Assembly (NCBI GenBank): GCA_965197475.1
Contig: CBDANF010000003.1
Location: 960,001 to 1,024,000 of the forward strand
Source: Candidatus Poribacteria bacterium
GTDB taxonomy: Bacteria > Poribacteria > WGA-4E > WGA-3G
Direction of reading: 5' to 3'
DNA length: 64,000 nucleotides
This document shows, one piece after another, positions 38,112-47,785 of the stretch. The stretch's first letter is position 1. Every line of letters starts with the position of its first letter. The notes beneath the pieces were generated by a model that saw only the letters and a program-made list of their open reading frames with translations, did not search any database and was not told the DNA's origin. The translations under genes were made by a program, and so were the position numbers.

Positions 38112-40160
38112 ATGAAGACCAAATTATTTTTGATTTTAACGATTTTGTTTGCGGCACTTACACTAAACACCTTCGCGCAAGATTCAACGCAATGGCACCT
38201 ACCGGAAGGTGCGAAAATGCGCATCGGTAAAGACATCCTACGTGAAGTAACATATTCTCCGGATGGCACGCTTTTGGCGGTGGCAAGCGGTATTGGCATT
38301 TGGCTCTACGATGCACAAACTGGTGAGGAACTTGACCTGCTCACGGTGCATACATCCGGGGTCGAAGTGGTATCGTTCAGTCCGGATGGAAAAATTATCG
38401 CAGGAGGACATTGGGACGGTGCCATCCGCCTGTGGGATGTGGACATCAGACAAGAGCTCCGCGTCCTCACAGGGCATACGGATGCAGTCAATAATGTATC
38501 GTTCAGTCCGGATGGGAAAATTATCGTAAGTGGAAGTGTTAACGGCAAAATCTATCTATGGGATACGGACACAGGACAACTTCTCTACAGACCTCCGAGG
38601 GTTGGATATTGGACCGCTAACAGTGTCTTGTTCAGTCCGGATGGTAAGATAATCGCAAGCGATGGAAAAACTTTCGCAAATGACGGAGGCGACAGCACTA
38701 TCCGCTTGTGGGATGCGGACACAGGACAACTCCTCCGCAGCATTCGGGGGTTAAATAATTCCGAAAGCATCGTGTTCAGTCCGGATGGGAAAACAATTGC
38801 AAGTGCAGATTCGAGAAGTTTCATCAGTCTGTGGGATGTGGATACAGGCAAATACGTCCGCGAACTTAGGGGGCATACAGATGCTGTTCTTAGTGTATCG
38901 TTCAGTCCGGATGGCAAAAAAATCGTAAGTGGTAGTCGTGATAACACCGCCCGTCTTTGGGATGTCGACACAGGCAGACACGTCCGAACATTCACTGGAT
39001 ATACGGATGATGTTCTTAGCGTATCGTTTAGTCCGGATGGAAACACAATCGCAAGTGGCAGTGACGACGGCACCGTCCGCCTGCGGGAGGTGGACACAGG
39101 CAAACATCTTCACACAATCACTGGGTATACGCAACCGATCTTTAGCGTAGCATTGAGTCCGGATGGAGAGACACTCGCAAGTGGGAGTTTGAAAGGCACC
39201 ATCGGTCTATGGGATACGGACACAGGACAACTCCTACGAACACTTGTAGGGCATACGGATGCTGTTTTTAACGTCGTGTTCAGTCCGGATGGGAAGACAC
39301 TCGCAAGTGGTGAAATTTTCGACAACACTATTCGTCTATGGGATACGGACACAGGACAACTTCTGCGAATAATCACTGAGCATAAAGATGTCTGGAGCGT
39401 TGTATTCAGTTCGGATGGAGAGACAATCGCAAGTGGAAGTGGCGACGACACCATCCGTCTGTGGGATGTGGACACCGGACAACACCTCCGCACATTTATA
39501 GGGCATACATCGGATGTCTGGAGCGTTGTATTCAGTTCGGATGGAGAGACAATCGCAAGTGGAAGTGGCGACGACACCATCCGTCTGTGGGATGTGGACA
39601 CCGGACAACACCTCCGCACATTTATAGGGCATACATCGAATGTCTATAGCGTTGTGTTCAGTCCGGATGGAAACACACTCGCAAGTGGAAGTGGTGACAA
39701 CACCATCCGCCTGTGGGATGCGGACACCGGACAACACATCCGCACAATCACTGGGCATACGAGTTTGGTTATTAGCGTTGTGTTCAGTCCGGATGGAAAC
39801 ACACTCGCAAGTGGAAGTGCAGATGACACCATCCGTCTATGGGATGTGGACACCGGACAACACATCCGCACAATCACAGGACATACGGGTACAGTCATCA
39901 GCGTCGTGTTCAGTCCGGATGGGAAGACACTTGTAAGTGGAAGTGTTGACGGTACGATGTTTCTATGGGATATTGCATCTTCAACACTGCCTGAAGATAT
40001 CAATGGGGACGGTTTTGTGAATATTCAGGATTTGGTTGTTATGGCGAATGCTTTTGGCGAAGCAGAACCGGATCTTAACGGCGATGGTATTGTGAATATT
40101 CAGGACTTGGTGATTGTGGCAGCGGCATTTGGAAATACGGCTGCTGCCTCTGAAGAATAG
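38112..40160 (+). CDS. Secreted WD40 repeat protein with C-terminal dockerin (copy 3)
   Basis: As copy 2, differing in the late blades. Confidence 0.92.
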   Translation: MKTKLFLILTILFAALTLNTFAQDSTQWHLPEGAKMRIGKDILREVTYSPDGTLLAVASGIGIWLYDAQTGEELDLLTVHTSGVEVVSFSPDGKIIAGGHWDGAIRLWDVDIRQELRVLTGHTDAVNNVSFSPDGKIIVSGSVNGKIYLWDTDTGQLLYRPPRVGYWTANSVLFSPDGKIIASDGKTFANDGGDSTIRLWDADTGQLLRSIRGLNNSESIVFSPDGKTIASADSRSFISLWDVDTGKYVRELRGHTDAVLSVSFSPDGKKIVSGSRDNTARLWDVDTGRHVRTFTGYTDDVLSVSFSPDGNTIASGSDDGTVRLREVDTGKHLHTITGYTQPIFSVALSPDGETLASGSLKGTIGLWDTDTGQLLRTLVGHTDAVFNVVFSPDGKTLASGEIFDNTIRLWDTDTGQLLRIITEHKDVWSVVFSSDGETIASGSGDDTIRLWDVDTGQHLRTFIGHTSDVWSVVFSSDGETIASGSGDDTIRLWDVDTGQHLRTFIGHTSNVYSVVFSPDGNTLASGSGDNTIRLWDADTGQHIRTITGHTSLVISVVFSPDGNTLASGSADDTIRLWDVDTGQHIRTITGHTGTVISVVFSPDGKTLVSGSVDGTMFLWDIASSTLPEDINGDGFVNIQDLVVMANAFGEAEPDLNGDGIVNIQDLVIVAAAFGNTAAASEE

Positions 40161-40602
40161 CTGCACAATCTATACTTTGTGCAAAGAATGACAGCAATAG
40201 CAGCATGGCAATGTAAAGTGCGCGGGGTAATCCATAAGTGTCCTATTTTAGAAAAGACGCATCGTAGTGAATTAACACCAAATGTGCCAAATGCCATAAA
40301 CACATTTGGTGTCGATTTGATGTAATCTGCATAATTCCACGATTTAGTCAGAAAAATGATGAATCTGTCAGGGAACGTAGTCCCAATTTTAAACAAACAT
40401 TACACCTCTTTAAAAAGATTTGACTTTTGAACCAAAATATGGCATCATGTAATTGTTTGCATTACATAACATGGGCGGATAGGTGCGCCCAAGACTCTAT
40501 AGTTAACACTCTTTACAACGGGTCTAAATAGAGCATAAAATTAAAAGATAGAAAATTCCTTTGATTCTAATGAATTTCTACACCTAAAAGGAGTGAAGCA
40601 AA

Positions 40603-40941
40603 ATGTATGCAGTATTTGCAAGCGGTGGGAAACAGCATCGCGTTGAGGTAGGAAGTCTCATAGATGTTGAAAAGTTAACCAATGCTGTCGGTGAGACAGT
40701 TACGTTTCCCTCCGTTTTAGTGATTGCCGGTGAAAATGGTGAATTGCAAACCGGTGCCCCATATCTTGAGAACATGTCAGTTAAGGGTGAAGTGGTTGAG
40801 CAAGGACGTGCTAAAAAGATCGTCGTTTTTAAGTCTAAGCGCAGAAAAAGTTACAAGCGTAAGTTAGGTCACCGTCAATCATTTACACGTATTAAAATTA
40901 CCGCGATTGGCGGGGAGGAGGTTGAATCCGATGGCGCATAA
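40603..40941 (+). CDS. rplU: 50S ribosomal protein L21
   Basis: [14 protein letters not shown]...GHRQSFT. Confidence 0.97.
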   Translation: MYAVFASGGKQHRVEVGSLIDVEKLTNAVGETVTFPSVLVIAGENGELQTGAPYLENMSVKGEVVEQGRAKKIVVFKSKRRKSYKRKLGHRQSFTRIKITAIGGEEVESDGA

Positions 40942-41197
40942 GAAAGGTGGCGGAAGTACACGCAATGGTCGTGACAGTATCGGTAAACGGCTTGGTGTCA
41001 AAAGGTTTGCGGGAAACTATGTTACCGCTGGGAGCATTCTCGTCCGGCAGCGTGGGACGCATTTGCACGCTGGCACTAATGTTGGAGTCGGCAGAGACTA
41101 TACGCTTTTCTCAAAGATTGATGGTTATGTCTGGTTTGAGCGAAAAGACAAATACCGTCGCAAGGTAAGTGTTTATATAGAGCGTCCTGCGTACTAG
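40931..41197 (+). CDS. rpmA: 50S ribosomal protein L27
   Basis: [22 protein letters not shown]. Confidence 0.97.
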   Translation: MAHKKGGGSTRNGRDSIGKRLGVKRFAGNYVTAGSILVRQRGTHLHAGTNVGVGRDYTLFSKIDGYVWFERKDKYRRKVSVYIERPAY

Positions 41198-41209
41198 AAC
41201 GTATTTTAG

Positions 41210-41237
41210 AAAGCCTCACCTTAGTGTGGGGTTTTTT
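41210..41237 (+). terminator. Intrinsic terminator after rpmA
   Basis: AAAGCCTCAC-CTTAGT-GTGGGGTTT hairpin with T-tract. Confidence 0.65.
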
Positions 41238-41310
41238 GCTTATTTGACTATAACAGTACGCATGCAAAGCGCGCCTACAAGGTACTGTCTACACATTTGA
41301 GGAAGCTAAC

Positions 41311-41715
41311 GTGAAATGGGTAATCTTGTTCCTAATACTAACCGTGTTGTTGGGATGTGGCAGCACGCGAGTAAGACAATTAGCGATTGAAACCATGGAC
41401 AATGCCCAGATAAGTATTGCTGCCGCGAAAACTGTCGGTGCTCAAGATGTTGCAGTGAGCGAGATAAACTCAGCGGAGCAGATGCTTATCAATGCCGAGT
41501 CCTCTCTGCAATCTGGGGATATAGAACGCGCCTATCGCTTAGGATTGCGAGCGTATCTACATGCGCGAATTGCAACAGAAAAATCGCTCGCAGTTCGGCA
41601 AGATGCACAACTTAAGGAAGGACAAGCTGAATTAGAGCTACGACAACAAGCTACAGCTGAAACGCTCAACAATCTTGAAACACTCAAAGCAGAACGCGCT
41701 GCGCTTAATAAGTGA
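41311..41715 (+). CDS. DUF4398-like lipoprotein
   Basis: Lipobox LLGC, Ala-rich helices, directly upstream of an OmpA-domain gene. Confidence 0.7.
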   Translation: MKWVILFLILTVLLGCGSTRVRQLAIETMDNAQISIAAAKTVGAQDVAVSEINSAEQMLINAESSLQSGDIERAYRLGLRAYLHARIATEKSLAVRQDAQLKEGQAELELRQQATAETLNNLETLKAERAALNK

Positions 41716-41727
41716 GGAAAAGTTCCG

Positions 41728-43368
41728 ATGCGGTTTTATGCATGGCTACTACTCATAGGATGTGTAATCAGTTACGGATGTGCATCTGTTGAAATTGATG
41801 AGGTAATTTTAGAAACACAACTTCAAAATGGACAGAAGGCAATTTCGAACGCAGCAGAATTGAATGCCGAACAGTTAGCAACTGACGAATACAGTCGTGC
41901 TGTCAAACTTTTAAAATTCGCCGGACAGGCACAAGAGCGCGGAGAAATTGCCCAAAGCATGGAATTCGCATATCAAGCAGAACTTGTTGCACAAATCGCT
42001 TTATATAAAGCAAAACAACAACAGGCACGCGCGCAGCTCATTGCAATTCGAGAACAGATGTACCAAGAGGTGATAACAGAAAAAGACTATGAGATAGAAA
42101 TGGTAAAGATTCGAAATGAGATAAAAGCTTTGGAAATTGCGCAAGCGTTGAAAGAGGTTGAGAGTGAAAAACAACGTGCTGGTTCACTCTCAACGGATCT
42201 AACGGAGACAAAAGACGCTCTTCGGCATGCAGAAATTCGCGTGCCGATCTCCGGCGCAGAAATCCTTGTCACCATTGCGAAACAGATATATCCTGAAATT
42301 GTAGAGACCGCAGAGTACGAACGTGTCCAATCAACAATTGCTTTAGCAACATCGCATCTGGAGCGAAAGGAGTTCACTGAGGCAGAAAAAGTTTCAACAG
42401 ACGCACAAACACAAGCTAACAAGCTCTTTGAACAAGCAATTCAGTTTCAGAAGCTCCGTGCAGCAGCCGAAACGACAGCTCTTATTGCCATTGAACGCGC
42501 ACAGCTTAAAATCCAGCGCGCAGAATCTCTGAATGCAGAGACACACGCTCCACAACAACTTCAAAAATCACGTAACGAATTGGACAACGCGAAAAAAGCG
42601 TTACAGGAAAACCGTTATGAAGAAGCTCGTCAGAACGCTGAAAAGGCTGAGCAGGTAACAGACGCGGTGATTACAATTTCAGAAGTTGCTGAATACCGCA
42701 GGCGAGCACAGCAGGAACTTACAGCAAAGATTAAAAAGGCAGAAAGTGCTGTAGCATCCGTCAAAGCAGCAGTAACAGAACAAGCACAAACCAAAGTGCC
42801 GCAGTTTGCACCACAACTGTATGAACTGGCTGCTTCAGCACTCACAACTGCCGAATCAGCACTCGCAAAAAAGGAGTACTCAGCTGCTATTGACGCTGCA
42901 CAACAAAGTCATGATTACCTGCAACGCGCTATTGAAAAGACAAAACAGCAGAATTCTGCTCAAACAACCCTGGTTGAGGCAACAAAACAAATTCCAAAAG
43001 CTGCCATTATAGAACGCGAGGAAGGTGTGATAATCAGAATTAGTGGTAACCTATTTGCGACTACAAGCACACGTTTAAAAGAGGAATTTTTCCCAACCTT
43101 TATGAAACTTGCATCTATATTGCTACAAGATGAATTCAAAGACTACGTTGTCAGAATTGAAGGGCATAGCGATTCGCTTGGGGATGCCAGAGAAAATCAA
43201 GCGTTAAGTGAAAAGCGAGCAAACTCGGTGAAAACGTTCCTCATTGGAAAAGGAAAAGTCCCAGCAAAACGCTTGACCGCTGCAGGTTTAGGCGAATCCC
43301 AGCCAATTGATAAGAATTCACAAGAAAAAAACCGCAGAATTGATATAGTTATCAGTAAAACACCATGA
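41728..43368 (+). CDS. OmpA-like peptidoglycan-binding lipoprotein with long helical region
   Basis: IEGHSD...NQALSEKRA...NRRIDI; lipobox SYGC. Confidence 0.85.
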   Translation: MRFYAWLLLIGCVISYGCASVEIDEVILETQLQNGQKAISNAAELNAEQLATDEYSRAVKLLKFAGQAQERGEIAQSMEFAYQAELVAQIALYKAKQQQARAQLIAIREQMYQEVITEKDYEIEMVKIRNEIKALEIAQALKEVESEKQRAGSLSTDLTETKDALRHAEIRVPISGAEILVTIAKQIYPEIVETAEYERVQSTIALATSHLERKEFTEAEKVSTDAQTQANKLFEQAIQFQKLRAAAETTALIAIERAQLKIQRAESLNAETHAPQQLQKSRNELDNAKKALQENRYEEARQNAEKAEQVTDAVITISEVAEYRRRAQQELTAKIKKAESAVASVKAAVTEQAQTKVPQFAPQLYELAASALTTAESALAKKEYSAAIDAAQQSHDYLQRAIEKTKQQNSAQTTLVEATKQIPKAAIIEREEGVIIRISGNLFATTSTRLKEEFFPTFMKLASILLQDEFKDYVVRIEGHSDSLGDARENQALSEKRANSVKTFLIGKGKVPAKRLTAAGLGESQPIDKNSQEKNRRIDIVISKTP

Positions 43369-43426
43369 TGCTCAACCCTCAGGCAACAACATACCGCGCC
43401 AATAATTACGAAGGTAAGCACAAGCA

Positions 43427-43708
43427 TTGCGTAATTTAGAAATTGAACCTTATGTCGTCAATCAGATTGCACAAAACTTGTTTGGTGACCGGTACATCAT
43501 CATCTATGGAAGCACAATTCAGTTCCACAACCATTGTTACCACGTTCGCACTATTGAATTTACAAAACACCCCCATAGGGGATGTTACTATTTACAGGAC
43601 GCGAATACGGACTTAGCCCTGTGGGACGACATGGCATTCGCGCCACCAGGGTACTATGGCATGATTTTTGAACCACAGACAGGCGAGATTATTGATTGCG
43701 AACCGTAA
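43427..43708 (+). CDS. Hypothetical protein
   Basis: 93-aa ORF filling the gap, protein-like composition. Confidence 0.55.
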   Translation: MRNLEIEPYVVNQIAQNLFGDRYIIIYGSTIQFHNHCYHVRTIEFTKHPHRGCYYLQDANTDLALWDDMAFAPPGYYGMIFEPQTGEIIDCEP

Positions 43709-43836
43709 CAATGAATTGTCAACCATACCCACAATTTCTATCAAAGCCTAATTATAGGAAATTACCGAACCAATTCTAAAATTTCATACTGGCAATTCTG
43801 CCCGAATATCCATTATCTAAAAAACGGAGAAAAGAC

Positions 43837-45378
43837 ATGAAGCGAGACGCGATTGTCGTTTTAGACTTTGGCTCGCAATATACGCAGTTAATTGCTCGGC
43901 GCATTCGGGAACAGCGAGTTTACTGTGAGATTCAACCCTATACTTTGCCGCTTGCTGATATTGAAAAGATGGCACCAAAAGGGATTATCCTTTCCGGTGG
44001 TCCCGCCAGCGTCTACGAGGCAGATGCCCCAAAGATAGATGCTGCACTTTTCACACTCGACATCCCAGTTTTGGGTATCTGCTACGGTATGCAACTTATC
44101 GCTTTTCTATCAGAGGGAGGCATGGTTCTTCCTGCCACTGAGCGAGAATACGGAAACGCACAACTCAAAGTAGAAACCACAGCAGAACCACTATTTTCAG
44201 GGCTGCCATCGGAAGTGTCTGCGTGGATGAGCCATGGGGATAGGATTGACAAACTTCCTGACGGGTTCCGCACAATTGCCCAAACCCTGAACTCGCCTAT
44301 CGCCGCAATGGTCAATTCGGATGGCACGCTATACGGATTACAATTCCACCCTGAAGTTGAGCATACAAGAGATGCCGACAAAATCCTCCACAACTTTGTC
44401 CGACATATCTGTGGCTGTGAAGCAAGTTGGACGATGGATACGTTTATTGCAGAAGCCACAGCACACATCCGAGCAACGGTGAAAGACGAAAGGGTACTGT
44501 GTGCGGTCAGTGGAGGCATAGATTCGATGGTGCTTGCGACACTGCTCCATCAGGCTATAGGTGATGCGTTAGTGCCTGTTTTTGTAGATAACGGACTGCT
44601 CCGCCAAAATGAGGCTGAAGAGGTGTTGGCAACATGCAAAAGCCTTGGTATACAAATTGAATTTGTGGATGCGACAGAATCTTTTTTGAATGCTTTAGCT
44701 GGGGTCGTTAACCCTGAACAGAAACGAAAAGTCATCGGTGCACAGTTCATTGAGACCTTCAGAGCAAAATTGAAGCAGCTTGGGCATTGTCACTTTCTCG
44801 CGCAAGGCACACTCTACCCAGATGTTATAGAAAGCGTCTCTATTAAGGGCCCCTCCGCAACGATTAAAACACATCACAATGTCGGCGGACTTCCTCCCGA
44901 CATGCCGTTTGAGCTAATTGAACCTTTCCGTGAACTTTTCAAGGACGAGGTGCGAGCAGTCGGTGCCGAACTGAATGTCCCACCGCATGTACTTGGTAGA
45001 CATCCGTTTCCTGGACCGGGGCTTGCTGTCCGAATTATCGGTGAGGTAACGCCAGAAAGATTGGTGGTGCTCCGCTTAGCCGATGCGATTTTTATCCATG
45101 AAATCAAAGAAGCAGGGTTGTACGATGAAATTTGGCAGGCATTGGTAGTTCTTTTACCGGTTAAAAGCGTCGGTGTGATGGGAGATGAGCGGACGTACGA
45201 AAATGCGGTTGCCTTACGTGCTGTTACCAGCAGTGATGCAATGACGGCAGATTGGGCGAGAATCCCTGATGATGTTTTAGCAAGAATTTCTACCCGAATC
45301 ATTAACGAGGTACAGGGGATTAATCGCGTCGTTTACGATATTAGTTCAAAGCCCCCAAGCACAATTGAATGGGAGTAA
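43837..45378 (+). CDS. guaA: GMP synthase (glutamine-hydrolysing)
   Basis: [36 protein letters not shown]. Confidence 0.97.
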   Translation: MKRDAIVVLDFGSQYTQLIARRIREQRVYCEIQPYTLPLADIEKMAPKGIILSGGPASVYEADAPKIDAALFTLDIPVLGICYGMQLIAFLSEGGMVLPATEREYGNAQLKVETTAEPLFSGLPSEVSAWMSHGDRIDKLPDGFRTIAQTLNSPIAAMVNSDGTLYGLQFHPEVEHTRDADKILHNFVRHICGCEASWTMDTFIAEATAHIRATVKDERVLCAVSGGIDSMVLATLLHQAIGDALVPVFVDNGLLRQNEAEEVLATCKSLGIQIEFVDATESFLNALAGVVNPEQKRKVIGAQFIETFRAKLKQLGHCHFLAQGTLYPDVIESVSIKGPSATIKTHHNVGGLPPDMPFELIEPFRELFKDEVRAVGAELNVPPHVLGRHPFPGPGLAVRIIGEVTPERLVVLRLADAIFIHEIKEAGLYDEIWQALVVLLPVKSVGVMGDERTYENAVALRAVTSSDAMTADWARIPDDVLARISTRIINEVQGINRVVYDISSKPPSTIEWE

Positions 45379-45383
45379 TTCGG

Positions 45384-46229
45384 ATGAAAGTCCGAAACTA
45401 CACGGATATCGCAGATCGCATTTTGGTTGCTCTCGGAAAGTCTGATCGTCTCACTGTCTGGTATCAGGCATATACTGCTCCCACTTCAGCACTGCTAAAG
45501 GATTCGTCTTATCCATTATACTGCGTACATTACGCTGCGAAGCAAGCGAATGCCGCCTTGATTTATGTTTCTGCAGGTATCCACGGCGATGAACCTGCGG
45601 GAGTTGAATGTGCAATGCACCTAATTGAACTACTCGCCGATAACCGCCAACATCATAATTTCCCATTAGACGCATACAACTGGCTCATCTCACCTTGCGA
45701 TAACCCGTACGGGTATGAACGAGACATCCGTGAAAATGCTGAGGGTCTTGACCTTAATCGGATGTTTGAAACGCCAAACCGATGCCCAGAAACAGCGTTC
45801 ATCGCAGAATCACTCCTGCGTACACAATCCCCGCACGTGCAAAAACAACCAAACCACAATACTATAGGAAAAGGGCTTGCAATTGAACTCGCGCTGGACT
45901 TGCATGAAGATAAAGATAGTAACGGATTTTATCTGTGGGAACGCCGCCTTTCAGAATGTCTTCCGATCAGCGGTGCGGTGGTGAAAAATGTTGAAGGGCT
46001 ATGTGCTATCAATAGAGAACCGTTCATAGAAGATCATCATAACGAAAATGGGGTGATAACACTACTTGATACAGTTACGTCTAAAGGATGGACACGCGGC
46101 AGATATTTAGTCGAACACGTAAATACGCGGTGCCTAATTCTCGAAACACCAACGCAGTTAGATTGGGAAACACGCATCGGAGTCCACATGATGGCTGTCC
46201 AAACAGCAGCCAAACATGCTTCGCAATGA
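45384..46229 (+). CDS. M14-like succinylglutamate desuccinylase/aspartoacylase family hydrolase
   Basis: GIHGDEPAG, NPYG, DLNR, LDLHE, LETP. Confidence 0.82.
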   Translation: MKVRNYTDIADRILVALGKSDRLTVWYQAYTAPTSALLKDSSYPLYCVHYAAKQANAALIYVSAGIHGDEPAGVECAMHLIELLADNRQHHNFPLDAYNWLISPCDNPYGYERDIRENAEGLDLNRMFETPNRCPETAFIAESLLRTQSPHVQKQPNHNTIGKGLAIELALDLHEDKDSNGFYLWERRLSECLPISGAVVKNVEGLCAINREPFIEDHHNENGVITLLDTVTSKGWTRGRYLVEHVNTRCLILETPTQLDWETRIGVHMMAVQTAAKHASQ

Positions 46230-46291
46230 TTATAATCAGGCACCGCACACAATTTCTTGTCCGCACCATACCCGCGTAGCTCAAAGTTTTG

Positions 46292-47473
46292 TTACGTTGA
46301 GCTGTTCTGATAAACCGCCGCAGCGGCACTCACAGCTGTCCCAACATCAACACTGCATCCGAATTCAATAAGTAGTTTCTCAATTGCGTTTAAAACGAGT
46401 AGGACATTCTGTTCGTTAGCTGCGTCTCCCATAAGCCCAATCCGCCATGCTTTTCCGGCAAAGATACCCAACCCACCTCCAATTTCAATGCTATAATCTT
46501 GAATAAGGCGTTTTCGGACGGTTACATCGTCAATTCCATCAGGGATACGCAGTGTGGTTAGCATCGGGGCACGATGATTTTCTGTAGCGGCGGGTTGTAA
46601 ACCGATTGCTTCTGCACCTACGATTAAAGCACGAGCGTTACGTTCATGTCGTTGATAGCGTGCGGATTCTCCCTCCTCTATCACAATCCGAAGTGCTTCG
46701 CGTAGCGCATAAACAAGCGACATTGATAAGGTGTGGTGATATTTCCGTGTGTCCCCTATCCAATACTCTTCAAGCAATGTCATATCCAAATAGAAACTCT
46801 GAATCTTCGTTTTTCGGTTCCGAATTACTTCAACTGCCCGATCACTGAAACTGATCGGGGAAAGTCCAGGAGGACCTGCAAGGCATTTCTGTGTGCAACT
46901 GTAGGCGATGTCAATACCACGTGCATCTAACTCAACTGGTTGCCCACCCAGCGATGTGACGCAATCTGCAAGAAACAACGCTCCTTTTTGATGCGCAATT
47001 TCTATTATTTGCTCTAAGGGTTGTAGAACACCGGTAGAGGTTTCAGCGTGAACTACAGCCACAAGTTTCGGTGTAACTTTGTCGCATGCTTCAGCGATCT
47101 GTTCCGGTTCAATGATATTTCCCCATTCGGAGTGGACAGGTGTAACGATCGCGCCACACCGTTCCGCAATATCCGCTATTCTACCTCCAAAATAGCCGTT
47201 TACCCCTACAATTACAGTATCCCCCGGTTCTATAATATTAGTGAGTGCTGCTTCCATTCCTGCGGTACCGGTACCAGAGACAGGAAAAGTTAGGGTATTT
47301 TTAGTACCATAGACTTGACGTAACATGTCGACGGTATCGTCCATTACGTTCACAAAATCAGAATCTAAATACCCAAGCATGGGGGTTGTCATTGCTTTGA
47401 GTACACGCGGGTTCGCTATGCTCGGTCCTGGACCGAGTAAGATGCGCGGAGGCACTCTCAATTCATTATCCAC
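46292..47473 (-). CDS. Class V PLP aminotransferase (alanine-glyoxylate/serine-pyruvate)
   Basis: LLGPGP, HAETSTG, SCTQKCLAGPPG, YHHT. Confidence 0.92.
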   Translation of the reverse strand: MDNELRVPPRILLGPGPSIANPRVLKAMTTPMLGYLDSDFVNVMDDTVDMLRQVYGTKNTLTFPVSGTGTAGMEAALTNIIEPGDTVIVGVNGYFGGRIADIAERCGAIVTPVHSEWGNIIEPEQIAEACDKVTPKLVAVVHAETSTGVLQPLEQIIEIAHQKGALFLADCVTSLGGQPVELDARGIDIAYSCTQKCLAGPPGLSPISFSDRAVEVIRNRKTKIQSFYLDMTLLEEYWIGDTRKYHHTLSMSLVYALREALRIVIEEGESARYQRHERNARALIVGAEAIGLQPAATENHRAPMLTTLRIPDGIDDVTVRKRLIQDYSIEIGGGLGIFAGKAWRIGLMGDAANEQNVLLVLNAIEKLLIEFGCSVDVGTAVSAAAAVYQNSST

Positions 47474-47722
47474 TTTTCTCTAACTCCTCTAATTGTCTTT
47501 TATGCTCTCGCAGCCTTGCTACAAGATGGTCACTATAGTAGATTTTACAACTTAAGATACACCGTTGATCGGCACTTACAAGGCGCGCCTACCAATAGAT
47601 GTCTACCTACTTGTTTTGATATTTTACTATAATTCGGTCTATAAGGATAGCTGACAATTTGTCAATTAGATACGGTATAATATCGTTTATGAACTACTTT
47701 TGCCCTACGTACTAAAATAGGA

Positions 47723-47750
47723 TAGGGACAGGCATAGGACCTGTCCCTAC
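47723..47750 (-). repeat. GTAG-type REP hairpin, may also terminate the TPR gene
   Basis: TAGGGACAGG-CATAGGA-CCTGTCCCTA-C. Confidence 0.55.
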
Positions 47751-47785
47751 AAAATTGGAATACAGTTGTTCTTTATCCCAAGTTA

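Larger units (their letters stand above)
33002..40176 (+). repeat. Tandem array of three ~2.36 kb units (spacer + WD40 gene)
   Basis: Stops at 33067, 35434, 37797, 40160 (periods 2367, 2363, 2363), each in the same NIQDLV..AAAFGNTAAAxEE tail. Confidence 0.93.

Noticed and set aside
33277-38299. Repeated short ORFs in the array spacers (MVLIRDSDNARLEIAPT..., MRFPTARC...)
   Set aside because: They translate REP palindromes and overlap the true starts; repetition only reflects the tandem unit
33853-40003. Long antisense ORFs over the WD40 genes (e.g. 33853..34746)
   Set aside because: Shadow ORFs produced by repetitive sense-strand codon usage; no independent motifs
33380-40160. Diversity-generating retroelement acting on the WD40 genes
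   Set aside because: No reverse transcriptase or non-coding template repeat in the window; differences are block-like blade exchanges rather than evidently adenine-specific
40440-40600. Ribosomal protein leader upstream of rplU
   Set aside because: A GGGCG/CGCCC stem exists but cannot be assigned without an Rfam or covariation search
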